A DNA stretch of 64,000 nucleotides, from contig NC_092379.1 of the NCBI RefSeq assembly GCF_030028105.1, forward strand, positions 28,079,821-28,143,820, read 5' to 3'. Position numbers and translations under genes: made by a program. This DNA comes from Mobula birostris (lineage: Eukaryota). Numbering within the stretch: position 1 is the stretch's first letter; each line of letters starts with the position of its first letter. Below, piece after piece: positions 36,480 to 49,814 of this stretch. The notes beneath the pieces are model-generated. The model had not been told where the DNA came from. It made no database searches and saw only the letters and a program-made list of their open reading frames with translations.

Positions 36480-39400
36480 GTGCGTATCCCATTCATGAGC
36501 GAGTGAGGCGCGGTATAATCGTTTCTGCTGCTGGTCCTTCAGTTTCCAGATGCCGCTGTAGAGCCCTCTTACTATGTTTATAGTCCAGGTCAGGTCCTGG
36601 GTCAACACGCACCTCTTGTCCCAAAGGTAGAAGGTAGTTCCGATCGAGAATATTGACAGGCCCATCCCCATCCTTTGGTTTCACCGAGGAACCCTGGTAC
36701 GTTTTGGCAAATTATTCTACGCTATATAGGGAATAGTCGTCAGGCGGTCAGACAAATTATGCCTCCCAGGTCGCCCCAAATACTTTATGAGCAGTCAGTC
36801 TCCAGGCTTGAGTTGGGAGAGCCTAACGTTTTGGTCATAGCTCCTCCGATTTCCTTGATCATACTTGGTGCCTGCGATTTCAGCTACAGTAATCCCTAAG
36901 GATTTTACTTTTCCCTTCTTATATCAGTCACATCTTTCTGCTGTCTTCCACGGTAGACGTTCCACGCCAGTCCTAAAACAGAGGGCAACGGAAAAACTCG
37001 TCTCGTGCCCAAACATCAGATAATATGGCCAGTACACTATGGCTTCATTTTGTGCACAGTTGTTGATGCGAACCAGATATTCAATATCTTGTTTCCACTT
37101 GTTCTTTTCGATGATCTTTAAGGTTTCGAACACGTCTAATAAGGTCCGATTGCACCTCTTGAACACCGAGCGGGACAAAAGGCGTTGTCTTCCACTTCTT
37201 GACTTCAAGCATGGTCACCAAGACATGAATGACCCGGCTGTATAAATTCCGTCCTTGATCGCTATGTATCCGCTAGGGGAGGTCGTAATAAATGAGATAC
37301 TTCTCTAACCCTTTGACGACAGTGGCCGCAAAATATCCTCGATAGGGAATGCTGGTGCATATCTGGTGTAGTGATCCGTAATGATCAGGTCATTCGCAAA
37401 TTTGCTGGCATATGGATCTACTGAAAGAAAATCTAGACGCACCAGGTTAAGTGGCTCGGCCTTCTTCAAGTACGACAAGGGAACGACCCTTGCAGGAAGC
37501 GTCTTTCTCCGTGCACTTTGAACGCAGGTCTCGGAAGACTCTTCGAACCTTGGCTTCAATCAGCGTCAGTAGAATCGATATCAGAACAATCCATTGGTCT
37601 TGTCAAACCCCGAAGAGCCAGAACGATCACAATGTGATTTCAACATAGTCCTCCGATACCTCTCAGGCAAAAGCAGCTTGGAACGCCGATGTCGGTGTGG
37701 AGGCGATGTGACCGGACAAAGGATCTAGTTCCTCAACCCCATTCTGCGTCAGTCTCTCAGTAATCGAGACACCACAGAGGATTTCGTCCTGTCCCCTGGG
37801 CCATGTTATTTTTCGCAACCGCTGATCAATGGATATGGATGCCAGTAGTCAGTTCTGGCAACTGGTCTCTCGTCAGAGCACTCAGTGTGCATTAAGCTTG
37901 TGTAATGGCACCACTAGACGCCCCCAAATGATCGGCCCCTGTCTTTTCAACACCTTCACGGTGATCGAAAACTGAACCGTGCCTTTCACTCCAGGGGCAG
38001 GAATACTCTCCCACTCTCCGTCCCTATCTATATCGTGGTCCGGTCCGTGAAGTCCGTATTCCGTTTCACGGTCCGGTCCATCGACCCTTGCTCCAGGTTT
38101 TCCTATTTATCCTGTTTCTGTTCTTGTTGAGCTAATTGAGGCAGCTGATGCTCGTTGGGGCTGGCTGCATAAGTACTTTCAGAGACCCAGGCGTGGCTGC
38201 TGAATTGTTCTTGTCCTTACTCCTTCTATCTCTTCATCTGCCTTCTATTTCCTCGCCTGAAACCCTGCCTTGTTTTGCCGGTAACTCTCGCCTCGCCTGA
38301 AGTTCTCGTCCCGCCTTGCATTGCCTGAAGCCTTGCCTTTTCTTGCTGGTAACTCTCGCCTCGTCTGGTCTGCAGTCTTGTCCTGGAGCCACCCTGTACC
38401 TAGCTCGCTTTCTGTCCCTTGCCTCCGCCCAGGTAAACCAGGCCGTCTTGCCGTTATCTGTGGTTGGTTCTGTCCTTTCCTCTCCCTTGCCTCTGTCGGG
38501 TGGTGATCCTTGACCTGCCCAAGAGTAACGAGCCCTGCCCAGGTGATCCGCACCTCATGCCTCCTGCCAAACCTCGCCTCTATCCTTACGCCTGAAGTCT
38601 CTAGCGTCGCCCTGCCTAGTACTGGGTCCTTGTCCAGTCTCTGGCTCGGAGTTCAAGCCTGGGCTACTAGCTCTCTTGTCCAGTCCTGTTCCGGGTTCCC
38701 AGTTTTCATGTCCATGTCCTTGCTCTCAGCCTGTATCCTAGTCCTGTCCCTGGTACTTCAGTGTCTGTGTCTTGCATTTGGGTCCGTTTCTACTCACGTC
38801 CTTATGACAATCTAGCTCTTCATATGGTCATCGGGGCAACGCATCAGCATCAGTGCTCATACTTTCCGGCCGGTATTTCAGGCTGAAATCATGGGCATCC
38901 AATTTCACGTAAGTGAAAATAACAATAAAGTGTTTGATATCCGTCCTCTCCTCACACTTAACACCATGGGCGTAGTCACTTAAGTTATGCACCGCAGCCC
39001 ATTTCAATGCCAGGAAATCTAGCTTGTGGGTTGGATAGGTTACTTTTCTTTTTTTTTTTTCCTCAGAGGTGACATAGTCCGACTGACAAATGCGACAGGT
39101 CTCAACCCTGTGACCTGATCCTGATATAGAACACAGCTTAAGTCCTCTCTGCTTCATCTTATGCAATTCATACGTCAATCGGGGATATGCAAAAGTCAGC
39201 ACAGGCGTATTGGTCAGCAGCTCCTTCAGCGACTGAACTGCCTCTTCACATTTCGCAATCCATCACCCTCTAAAATACTCCGAAGGACGAAGATAATATT
39301 TAGCATCCACTCATTTTCTCATTCTTCCTTTTGTCCCCGAGGGAGGATAAACCACAGAATCTGATTGACAGGAGAACTCACTTTAAAGTAGTCCTTCATG

Positions 39401-39530
39401 AAGCTCCGATAGTACTCGCAGAACCCAAGGAAAGAACGCAGGGCCATCACAGTTGGGGTCTTGGCTATCGGTTTCCGTCACTTTTTTTAGATGGATCTAT
39501 AGCTACTCCATCCCGAGAGACTAATAAACC
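36480..39530 (-). mobile_element. Ty3/Gypsy pol relic (RNase H, integrase, C-terminus) with nested solo LTR
   Basis: YPTHKLDFLALKWA (38828-39202), DFLSVD..ITDHYTRYA (37305-37559), RCNRTLLD..YYLMFG (36924-37208). Confidence 0.85.
38031..38809. mobile_element. Solo LTR, same family as 4009-4862 in opposite orientation, 5-bp TSD ATCTA
   Basis: ATCTA at 38026-38030 and 38810-38814. Both ends match the reverse complement of 4009-4862. Confidence 0.9.
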
Positions 39531-39709
39531 GTACATCAGAATTAAATTGCTTTAATCAAGTTTCGGCAGCTATGTGGGAAAAAAAAAAACAACAACGTTT
39601 TATTCATGCTGCCCAGTGTAATACGACGCTCTTTGCTGTGATGCAATACCGGTGGACAGGAATCGGGGCAGCCAAATATGCACAATATCAAAGGAGTGTT
39701 TCGAGGTCA

Positions 39710-40590
39710 GAAGACACTATATCCCTGACCACACCTAGGGCTTTACGATGAGAGGACCAGAAAGTTTGAACAGCTGGATATGCTAGGACTGTATTTAAAG
39801 GGATCATATTGCAAGTTTCTGAGGAATTACTCCTTGTTTATCAAATAATTTTGTCAGGTGCACTGACTGGATTCCAAGGTTGACAAGCCGAGTGGTGGTA
39901 GTGGGGACCGGCTCCCAGCACTTAAATGTGCTCCTCACGGCATGCGCCTCAAATAGCCTCTGACAACCAAGTCCAACTCCTGGCCTTCTTGTGTAGCTTA
40001 GCCTCTAAATCCGGCGGAACTGTTTCTACTGACAGGAGAAGGGGATAAAGCTGGTCTTGGCGCCTTAAAACCAGTGTTTCGGGTAGACAGAGCTCGTCAG
40101 CCTCGGAAGGCAGTGCATTTAAGAGAGGGAAAACTCTGATTTCAAACCTTCGCTACCTTCCGGCCATAGTGAATCATGGGAAAAGTTTACGGGGTAAACC
40201 CTGAAGTCAAATCCAGTGCAGGAGTCTCTAAGGCAGTCCGACGTTGCATTCACCCTCGTTCGGGTACCTCCTGTGACGACACTGGTGTCAAGCTATATTG
40301 GCCTTTGTCCTTCCCTTGGACAACATCTGTGTCATGGAGAGTGGAGACTTGCAGCATGGGCAACTGCCGATCTTCCGTACAATCTTGTCCAGACCCGCGC
40401 CCTGGAGAGGACTCTCCAGTAGACTTTCGAGGCGCAGATCCATGGTCTCGCGAGACTTGCGAATGCAAGTTGTCTCAGAAAAATATCGAAATAAATTTTC
40501 GTTTACAGCTGGTAGACGGGGGTATGTGAGTTTGACCCCAAAAATAATCGTATTCACATTCAACGACTGGCTGATTTGTAAATACCTCCT
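39710..40590. mobile_element. Composite insertion of interspersed-repeat fragments (probably RTE-related)
   Basis: Absent from the paralogue between ~6550 and 6570. Family assignment is from memory of ray repeats only. Confidence 0.45.
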
Positions 40591-41179
40591 AGGATTGATA
40601 AATGAGCTTCTTATTTCTGCCTGTTTTGCAAGCTTGTTTGGAATGTAGCCGCTACGTGACGTACAGGAATTATTCACTGAGACAAATGTTTGTCAGCACG
40701 CAGAGAATGTGACTGAAACTCCCACTACCTTGTAAAGAGGACTGGGAACAGAAAATATCTCGGACCAACAGAAACTATTTTCTGCTTAATTCATAAAAAT
40801 CGCCGAGCTTCCTTTCCTGTTGTCCTAAATCTACATACGTTCATATTGATCTATTTATTTGTTTTCGTTTTGCACAAAATCAGCCACAACGTAAGTGACT
40901 GATTACCTAAATTTGTTAAAGGTCCATACATATGTACAAGGGTTGCTGCAGAAACTGAGTGTTTCAAGTAAATGTTTACTTGAGTTGAAATAAATCTTCA
41001 GCTATTTTCATTAAACAAGTTGTTCGTTAATTCCACGTTTAGAAAATTCTTAATAATCGTCAACCGCAACAGAAGAAACTGCGCCGCACAGTCAACAACA
41101 ACTGTAATGCATTTTATTCCTTATTGTTGGATCATTTTACGTGCAACCGTCCACTAGAATGTGTATCGCAACCAGAATA

Positions 41180-41430
41180 TTAAGCATAAACAGAGTACGC
41201 ACTTGCGTAACTCTAATATGGTCACGATTAACACCTATTCATTTGCTGTATAACTATTTGCTCTGAAGCTGAAACGTTAGATTTGTCGTTTATAAAGCAA
41301 ATATGCAAAAGAAATAGGTCTGGTCTTCTACCAGCTATCACGAAAATTGTTGTAATGACAGATTTGCGTGGTATTATAGCGAAATTTCCGCACCCAGCAT
41401 CAAATGGCAATGAACTGACCGTGCGCGAAG
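41180..41430 (-). pseudogene. Paralogue of the 7170-7430 V relic
   Basis: FRANSYTANE*VLIVTILEL...C, with TGC at 41184-41186. Confidence 0.4.
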
Positions 41431-43685
41431 AGAGATATGCTTTCGAAATTTATTGACGTCCAAAGTTGTAGCCCGTTACCGTGTGGAGGAATCTTACAGT
41501 GGGAGAAATGTCCCCAAACCAGCTGAACTACTGTAGTATCGATGGGTAGGATATCGGTACGAACTTCCAAAATAGACAGTTATGACGAGGGGCCGCAAAA
41601 AAAAAGGGGAAATAATTCAGTTGCCTCGAGTTTCATGAAAAGAGGGAAAGGTCAAACAGTTACACAGTAGCGTACTGATTAGCACAAAGTTCTACTGTAC
41701 CTATGACACATATTCAATTCCCACCACTGCTTGTAAAGAGATTGCACTTTTTTCTCCACAACCGCAGAATTTATATCGAGTGATTAAGTGCCTAAGATCT
41801 GGCTGGATTTCGTCAGCTGATTGGTTATTGTAAACTGTAGCGTAAATGAGCTCGGATTTAATCAGTGTATTGATGGGCTGCGAGCAATGACGTGCAGAAA
41901 GGGCCAATTCCTTACTGTATTTCAAATAAATAAGTAATCAAACAAACCAGCGCATAAGTAGGTAAACAACAACTAGTTGGCTCAGCAAATCATATGTTCG
42001 GTGTGGAGTCGGGATGAACTTGGATTAAAAAAAAATATATATCCACTGGTTATAGATATTTTTTTTCCATTTATTTTAAATGTCCATGTTCTTTGTATTT
42101 TTGCAGAACCGATGAAACCGTTTAAAGTACATGCCGGGCGTTTCTTCAAAACTGTATCTATTGCGGAATCCCTCTCGTGTGAAAAGGTGAAACCGAAATT
42201 CACCCTGTCAACATTTCTATTTTCACGCCCATTATTTGGCTATATTTGAAATAATGACTGCACAATGTTCACAGTGAAGCTGCACGAGTGTAATTATGTT
42301 CAGAAGCCGAAATGGATTGCGCCTTAGTTGCGCAATCCTTGCGTTCCACTCGCAAAACTCCATGTTCGAGCGTTAAGAATCTCTTAACAGCATGAGACGT
42401 CTGAGTTTGCTCCAGGCTGTCGATTTCAAATTTCCTTTTTTCATCTAAAATGTTGTATATTTCTGAACGTCTTGAAAGTTGAGCATCGATTTCATAATAT
42501 CAACAGAGGGATGCAACGAGGGCATTGCTTATTGAAACGTCGTCTTTAACATTTCAGTAATAGTCCACAAAATAACAGATACGCAATATTATTCGGAAGG
42601 ACAGTGATGCTCCAGAGGGGGACAAGTGATTGAGCAGCAAATCTCGCCTGACTGGAAGTGATATTAGCTGTCGACTTAAGAATCGCCTTTGAATATTGCT
42701 GAATTGTCGCAACTCATTGAGTCATGTTGAGTAATTTTTGCATTGTCATGATGAGACGAGGTATCTGCTAAATTGTTTCAAACGCAATTATTTATTTATG
42801 TGCTTGCTTGGATATTTATTCTTATCTCATTATCTGCAGAACTACATACTTAGCTGTTCGTCTGTGCTATAATTTGTTTATTTATTTATGTTTTTTAAAT
42901 GCTTTAATTTATTTATTTACTCGCCCTGCTATGTGTTTATTCATTTATCTATTTGTGTTACTTTTTCGAGTTATTTATTTATTACCTGATAATTATTTAT
43001 TTATGAATTATTTACTCAAAAAACGAGGTAGACTTTGAGTACAAAACCGTAAAAATTTGGCCACATTTCATAATTCATACACACTCTCTTTTGGACTTCT
43101 GTAGACAAAAAAAAAAAAACAAGGTCGACATGATAGTACAAGTCGTTTGATTACCTTAACATTTTACTGAGAATCAACGTGAAGGTATTTTCCAGCTGAT
43201 CGATAGATTATGCATTACATAAAAATGTAATATATATATATAAAACAGCACTGAAAGGAATGTAAGTTTGGAGCATTTGGATGTAAATTAAATGATTGAT
43301 TCTAAACCGAGAAAAATATTCATTTCCCTATCGAGTTGAGTTCAGTATGTTTTCATCTGGGACGCTGCCATTTACTAATACAAATACATTTTTCCTACGT
43401 GTTCGTAATTATAGCTAATAATAGATGAAGAAAGACACACTTTCTCTACATTTATCCACATATTAAAATTGTTTTCCTCTTTCTCTGAGACGATTCCTTC
43501 GTCAAAACAGAAAATGACAGTCACGAGGCCTACGGGTATTTACCCTATGATTTTTTTTTTATTTTTCACATCTGTACGAATTTATTTCCTACCTCAGACA
43601 AAATATGAAACCCGTGATTAAAATTGCTCCAACATCGTCGTTAGGCGACATTATCAGAGCGAAAACAACAAATCTCACCGTGCAA

Positions 43686-44130
43686 ACATTCTCACAAGGC
43701 CTGATCATATAAGATTAAATTCAGTGTGTTAGTTAATCTTCTGTTTATGTTGCATGGCACTTTAACAACTATCTTTCAGACCTGGATCTCCGTTGCACTC
43801 TAGTCACTCATTCTGCAGTTTACACTGGTTCGTAGTAGTTTGTAATAGATTATTAGGTACATGATAAATAGCATGAACTCATCTTCACTCTGCACAGATG
43901 CTGTTTGAATTGTGGATTTTTGTTTCACGTTCTCATTCATTTGTGAAACTGAGGATGCAGTATGTCGCCTTTGTCATAGGTATACATGAAAGTGTGCAGC
44001 GCCACTGACTCTGAACATGTTGTTTTAATCGTGACCATGCAGTGTCCTTCCATACAATCCTATTCAATGATATACAAACTCACTCCATATTACAGAAACA
44101 ACTCTGTTACTGGGCCCTGCGTCTGCTTTC
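43686..44130 (-). pseudogene. Candidate decayed V relic (paralogue split by the CR1 at 15185)
   Basis: CCTCAG acceptor at 43949, then one frame SQMNENVKQ...YDQAL*EC followed by TTG CACGGTG. No clear first Cys, Trp or nonamer. Confidence 0.3.
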
Positions 44131-46086
44131 ACTGTGGTCGTCTGACAAACTCCATAACATTTACTGAGCACTTTATAACATTCACAAGGTTCATATAGGC
44201 AGCTGCAGAAATAGTAAAAAAAGATTGGACATAAAACCGCTTCATACTAGAGCACATGCTGATGTATTAGACTGAGTTATTGGGCAAATTGTTTTTAGTC
44301 CCTCGATAGAAAGTCCGATATACGCCATTATCAATCCTCGCAATGGGTAACATGAAGCTAAATTAATTAGCAGCATCGGGTATACAATGAATATTAATTT
44401 ATTGTAAACTTGTGTTAATTACTCTCAGATATGTCATATGATTGTTATCTGATATTACCTCATTACATAATACATTATACATTAAAACCTCGTTGAGCAG
44501 TTCCAAGAATTGCTGTCACGTTATAAGAACAGCTTCACCTCATTCCTTTCTACGTCTGTCTTTTTTCCACATCATATGCACAGTACTAGATCGGCGTTCA
44601 ATCAGAAATGATTCAAAATTCAGGTGAAAAGTTTTTTGAATCAGAATATGATGATATGTGAGATACTGTAACACAAGGGATGTAGTCTGCACTTTCTAAA
44701 GCATGCTTTCGAGAAGGTTAGAGTCTGAACACATCATCTGTTTAGAAGCTTCGTCAAAGTCATACAATCCAGGATTAGGTTCAATGCGGTTGAGTTTCAT
44801 TTTTTTTTTCCATTATGCCTCTGTTAATGGGGATATTGTTTACTTCCGATACCACAAGGTTTTATGACAATTAAACATCACTTTACTGTTGCCGATGATG
44901 AACGACACAGTCAACAGTCCAAGGTCAAGACCTCGCATTCCACTGAGCCAAAATGCGAGACTTGTTTTTTGTTCTCTACGACTTGTGAATCATTAATCAA
45001 AACATGCGAAAAATGTTCACTCGGATGGGACTACATCATATCCCGCTGAAAAATCGCAAAAAAAAAACAACGTTCATCTGATTTTTTTTTTTTTTTGTTC
45101 ATTTCTGAGTCTCTAACTCAGAAAACAGGTGCGTGACAAATTCATTTAAAATAGGCGGTAAATTTGCAGATTAATCTCAACATTCAGGAAAGGAGGCATT
45201 GATTCATACCCTGACAGTACTATCTACGTATATCCATTGATGCTTTATAACAATCGGCTTGATCATCAAAAGTTTGAGCCCAGGTTTACGAAAGAAAAGC
45301 GTTGAATCATAAGCGATTGATTGTCTGCAGTTAATAAGGTAACTTGATCATTTTCATTTCACATGACAATTATAACGACGGAAACTTTGGGAACACCCAG
45401 CTGGAGAGGATACTTCTGCAAAAATCGAAGAATGAACAGTCCAAGTGAGCGAACTGCTTAATCTCTGCTGCCACCTAGCGGAATATATCTTCTTTGCTCC
45501 TGGCGATGTTACATGAACTCAGTGCTTCCTTCACGTAACCACGGCGAATACACAATCACTACCTCCATACGCCTAATTAATTGGTAAGTTATTCGGAGAA
45601 AAGCTACTTTGATAGGTTGCATGTGAACACGTCAAAATATTGTGCGCTGATCAATTCTGCAGTCTCCAAATTCTGCCAGAAATCCACATCAGAGAAGAGT
45701 AAAGACGATTGCTGCACTCAGAGTTTGTTACCCTCCCATTTATCCTGCTCGCAACCTTTGCCTTGATGAGCAAGCGCAATTTGTTGACGCTCTTCTCCAC
45801 GAGAATTGCCTGCTGCCCCACATTCCTTCGCCTTTGCGTGGCTCTGCGGTGTTTATGACAGCTCACAAAGTATTCGACGTATTTGTTGTACACTTCTGCG
45901 ATCGCCTTCGCAAAATTTTATTTCCCGTACTGCGTCTGATCGCGCTTTTCTATTGTGCCTTTAGATGTTCAACGCCGTGCGCGGCCTGAAGTGATTGGTC
46001 GGTTTGGCTCGGGGTATGTGTATTTCTCGTCTGGCAAAGAGTTTCCACTCTGTTGTCACGGTAGTACAGAGTCAAACACAGTGATT

Positions 46087-46559
46087 ATGAAGACGTGTCT
46101 CACGCAGGTCCTCATTACTGTGTTTCTTATGGATAAGATTGTTCTTTATTGTAATATTCAAGACCTCACTAATTCTATGTAAAGACGTTTTATTTTCTAT
46201 TTACGTAACCATGTTGTTCTAAGTAGACTTAATGATTTATTATTTATTTTACTGTTAGAATGGAGACTTGAAGATTCAGTGGAACAGTTATTGGATGGAA
46301 TGACGATCGAAGAAGAAAGTAATATTATCCTAAACTGTACTTTACAAACAAGTGCTGCACTCCTGAATGTTTCCTTGTACAGGCAGCGCACCAGACAGCC
46401 ACCAGAATGCTCTATTCGGATCATCGGAGGGACAGTAAACCGAAATGAAGATGTACCAATCGATTTTTGCTTCCTATAATAATAGTAAAAAATATTCCAA
46501 ACTCTCGAATAAGAACGCTACAATCTCTGACTCAGCCACTTATCTCTGCGCGATGAATA
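46087..46559 (+). pseudogene. TCR V pseudogene (donor GT>AT, Trp to Leu, frameshift)
   Basis: Leader MKTCLTQVLITVFLM followed by ATAAG at 46133. VSLYRQ in place of VFWY. Net 2-nt deletion near 46455. YLCAM retained. Confidence 0.93.
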
Positions 46560-46598
46560 CACTGTGTTGACAAAACTCAATTTTCTCGAACAAAAACC
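46560..46598 (+). other. 23-RSS
   Basis: CACTGTG + 23 nt + ACAAAAACC. Confidence 0.9.
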
Positions 46599-47204
46599 CA
46601 CTTTCACAGTTTCTTGGAGAGCTTGATAGAGGGCGAACAAATCAAGGTTAACGTAAATGCTAAGTGAAGTCTAAAGGCTGAGTCCAATTAGTTCATATGA
46701 TGTCACAGCGACCATCTATGATCAGTGATGTATCCACTTGGCATTTGCAATTAATGTTTTTGTTCTTCGATGGCTGTAACTTTGATCGAAGCCACTTCAG
46801 CTTTACTGATTCCTATGTGTTCTTATTTCACATCGGAAGCTAACACAATCATTAGTACAGATACATAGTTGCTGATGTTGCTTGAATTTCCAGCATCTGC
46901 AGAATTCCTGTTGTTTACAGATACATAAATCGTTTTAAGATGTCCTTCGACATATAAAGGGACCAAACTTTGCAACAAGAATCGCACATATCCCAATCAA
47001 CATTGTGCTTCAAAATGTGAAAAAAAAAATCCATCGTTTCGTGAAATCACTCAGATTCAAGGATATGGCTTTTGATTTCAATCAAACATTCATTTGCACT
47101 TCGCTGGAATGTTGTACTGAATGTCATTGATTTTCATTACCACGCGACAGGCTTACCTATTTAAACGCCGCTGTCAGATAGATTCCGACATAAATAAAGA
47201 ATAT

Positions 47205-48150
47205 GGATTTCAGCAAGGAATTTGGTAAAGTCTTACAACGAAAATAAAGAGGCATGGGATCCAAGGGGACATTGCTTTGTGGATCCAGAACTGGCTTTCC
47301 CACAGAAGGCAAAGAGTGGTTGTAGACGTGTCATATTCCGCATGGAGGTCGGTCAGCAGTAGGGTGCCTCAGGGATCTGTTCTGGGACGCAAACTCTTCG
47401 TGATTATCATAAATTACCTGGATGAGGAAGTGGAGGGATGGGTTACTGACTTTGCTGATGACACAATGGTTGCCGGTGTTGTGGATAGTGTGGAGGGCTG
47501 TCAGAGGTTATGGCCGGACATTGTTGGGATGCAAAACTGGACTGAGAAGTGGCAGATGGAGTTCAACCCAGAGAAGTGTGAAGTGGTTCATGTTGGTAGG
47601 TCAAATATGATGGCAATACAGTATTAATGGTAAAACATTTGGCAGTGTGGAGGTTCAGAGGGATCTTGGGGCCCTGCTTCGAGCTGCGCAGGTTAACTCT
47701 ATCGTTAAGAAGGCGTAAGGTGTATTGGCTTTCAACAATCGTGCAACTGGATTTAGGAGCCGAGGGGTAATGTTGCAGCTATATAGGACCCTAATCAGCC
47801 CCCATTTGGAGTATTGTGCTCAATTCTGGTAGCCTCACTGCAGAATGAACGTGAAAAACATAGAAAAGGAGCAGAGGAATTTACAAGGATATTGCCTGGA
47901 TTGGGGAGCATGCCTTATGGGAATAGGTTGAGTGAACCCGGCCTTTTTCTATTTGGAGCGACTGAGGATGAGAGGTGACCTGATAGAGGTTTACAAGATA
48001 ATGAGAGGCATTGATCGTGTGGATAGTCAGAGGTTTTCCCCCAGGGCTGAAATGGCTAGCACCAGAGGGTGTAGTTTTATGGTGTTTGGAAGTACGTACA
48101 GAGGGCATGTCAGGGTAAGTTTTTACTCAGAGAGTGCTGAGTGCGTGAAA
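47205..48150 (+). mobile_element. CR1 LINE RT fragment, degraded
   Basis: VPQGSVLG and FADDT motifs in ORF 47277-47627. Confidence 0.9.
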
Positions 48151-48299
48151 TGTGCTATCATAGTCTGTAGCGTTGTACTTGCTATTGCAATACTTACAGT
48201 AAGAGCCTCAAAATAAATAAATATGCACCTGCTAACCTATCAAGACTATTGAACATTCTGAATGAATTCACAGCGCTTATCCACCAAAATCGACTTATT

Positions 48300-48540
48300 G
48301 GATTAGCACGATCATTGCTATTTATATCTCAGTTGAACGATAAGTGCATTCTCAGATTTAATAACTCGTAATCTCATATCTCCCAAAATCGTCCTTTCTC
48401 TATTTTGTCATTCAATTGAAATTGTTAAGCTATGATCAGAAGGCACTTCAGAGATATTTCCAGGAATACGACAATACATCTTCACCTGGTGAATTGCCCT
48501 ATTATCTGTACATCCCATGTCGCTGAATTTCGTGAAGTAT
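48300..48540 (-). pseudogene. Paralogue of the 32790-33030 V relic
   Basis: C(48510-48512)TDNRAIHQVKMY(TGT)RIPG; SLKCLLI; EKGRF; GAT ATA AAT AGC AAT GAT CGT GCT. Confidence 0.45.
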
Positions 48541-48544
48541 ATAA

Positions 48545-49383
48545 TGTGAGGACAAACCAAGTTATCAGAAGATTGATGCTGATGAGAGAGATAAGTGAGA
48601 CAATGGAGAAACAATCAAAATGCCAATAAGAGAGAAGAGAGAGATTAATGAGAAAGAAACACATTTCACAATATTGACAGGCCGGTTGCTTTGAACCTGA
48701 ACTGTTTGAAGTTTGATGGACAGGCGATACCCCAGCAGGGGGATTAAAAGAACAGGTTCGCTAAGGCACGACACACACCACGAGATCACGAGATAACGAG
48801 TCCCTGGAAGACCGGTGTGCCCCCACAAGTTGGTGTGAGTTCGAGGTCTGCTTCGAGGGCACCGACCATAGACTGACAGGGTGAGAAGGGACGATCGGCG
48901 GGAACTTAGTGTGTGTGTCCGCCGTTGCCTGAGTGCCAGGTTCACCGCGGAAGAACGGTCGTATCCGGAACGGAGTGGTCACAGTCGGTGACCACAGAAG
49001 ACATAAGACACAGAAGACAGTTCGCCCGAAAGCTAACTGCGAAGAACATCAAAGTCTGTCTGAATCAAAATTTGCATTTTCTCTCTCGCTCCAACGGCGC
49101 AACAGCAGTTACTGCGAACTGCACTAAGCTGAACTGAACTGTGCGGCACTTGAGTCTGATCATTTTACCCCTAGACTGCGATAGAGCTTGGTTGATTCCT
49201 ATTACCCTAGTTCTGTGTACATGTGTGTTTTATCATTGCTAACCTGTTGCATTTATATCCTTGCGATTAGAGTACTGCGTTACTTATTTCTTTAATAAAA
49301 CGTTATTAGTTTCTGTTAAACCAGACCCCAGTTAAGTGGTCCATTTCTGCTGGTTTGGCAACCCAGTTACGGGGTACGTAGCA
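48545..49383 (+). mobile_element. Solo LTR of a second family
   Basis: TGTGAGG...GGGGTACGTAGCA. Imperfect 4-bp TSD ATAA/GTAA. AATAAA at ~49295. Absent from the paralogue. Confidence 0.75.
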
Positions 49384-49814
49384 GTAACAAGCACCTTTTT
49401 CTCTTGAATCAAGTACTTTATGCTGGAAAGCTGTATTCCCTGTTTCTAGTAACTGGGAAAATAACCACAAAGAAATTTATCATTCAAATCCTGAAAATGA
49501 AGGTTAAATGAAGGTTAAAACGTAACTTTTTCTCATTGTCCAAAATCAGTTCATTATTTGGGCAGAATGTTAATAAATCCCTTAAATTTCAATCACTTCA
49601 GTTCATGTTGCATGGGACAGTTAATAAGCAGATATTTGTCACAGTCTTATATTCGAGAGAGGCCTCCTCCTCCATTCCAGTCATTACTGAGAAGGTTTTT
49701 GCAATTCCTGCCCCTATATAAGATCACCAAATGGCGCAGGCTTGAACGTTGTAGCCGTTGCAGTCGTACCTCACTTATGCTTCAGTTCTTCTGCGCATTG
49801 TTGTTGAGCTAATA

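Larger units (their letters stand above)
6140..36480 (+). repeat. Segmental duplication block y (paralogue at ~39270-51600), expanded by TE insertions
   Basis: Collinear anchors: 6441/39597, 9020/43030, 14465/43055, 17578/43820, 24830/44608, 26339/46087, 31142/47161, 32800/48310, 36110/49675. Confidence 0.92.

Noticed and set aside
41701-41925. Minus ORF with V-like fragments (QSADEIQPDLRH)
   Set aside because: It is the antisense of an old SINE; the paralogue at 7700-7900 shows the SINE core.
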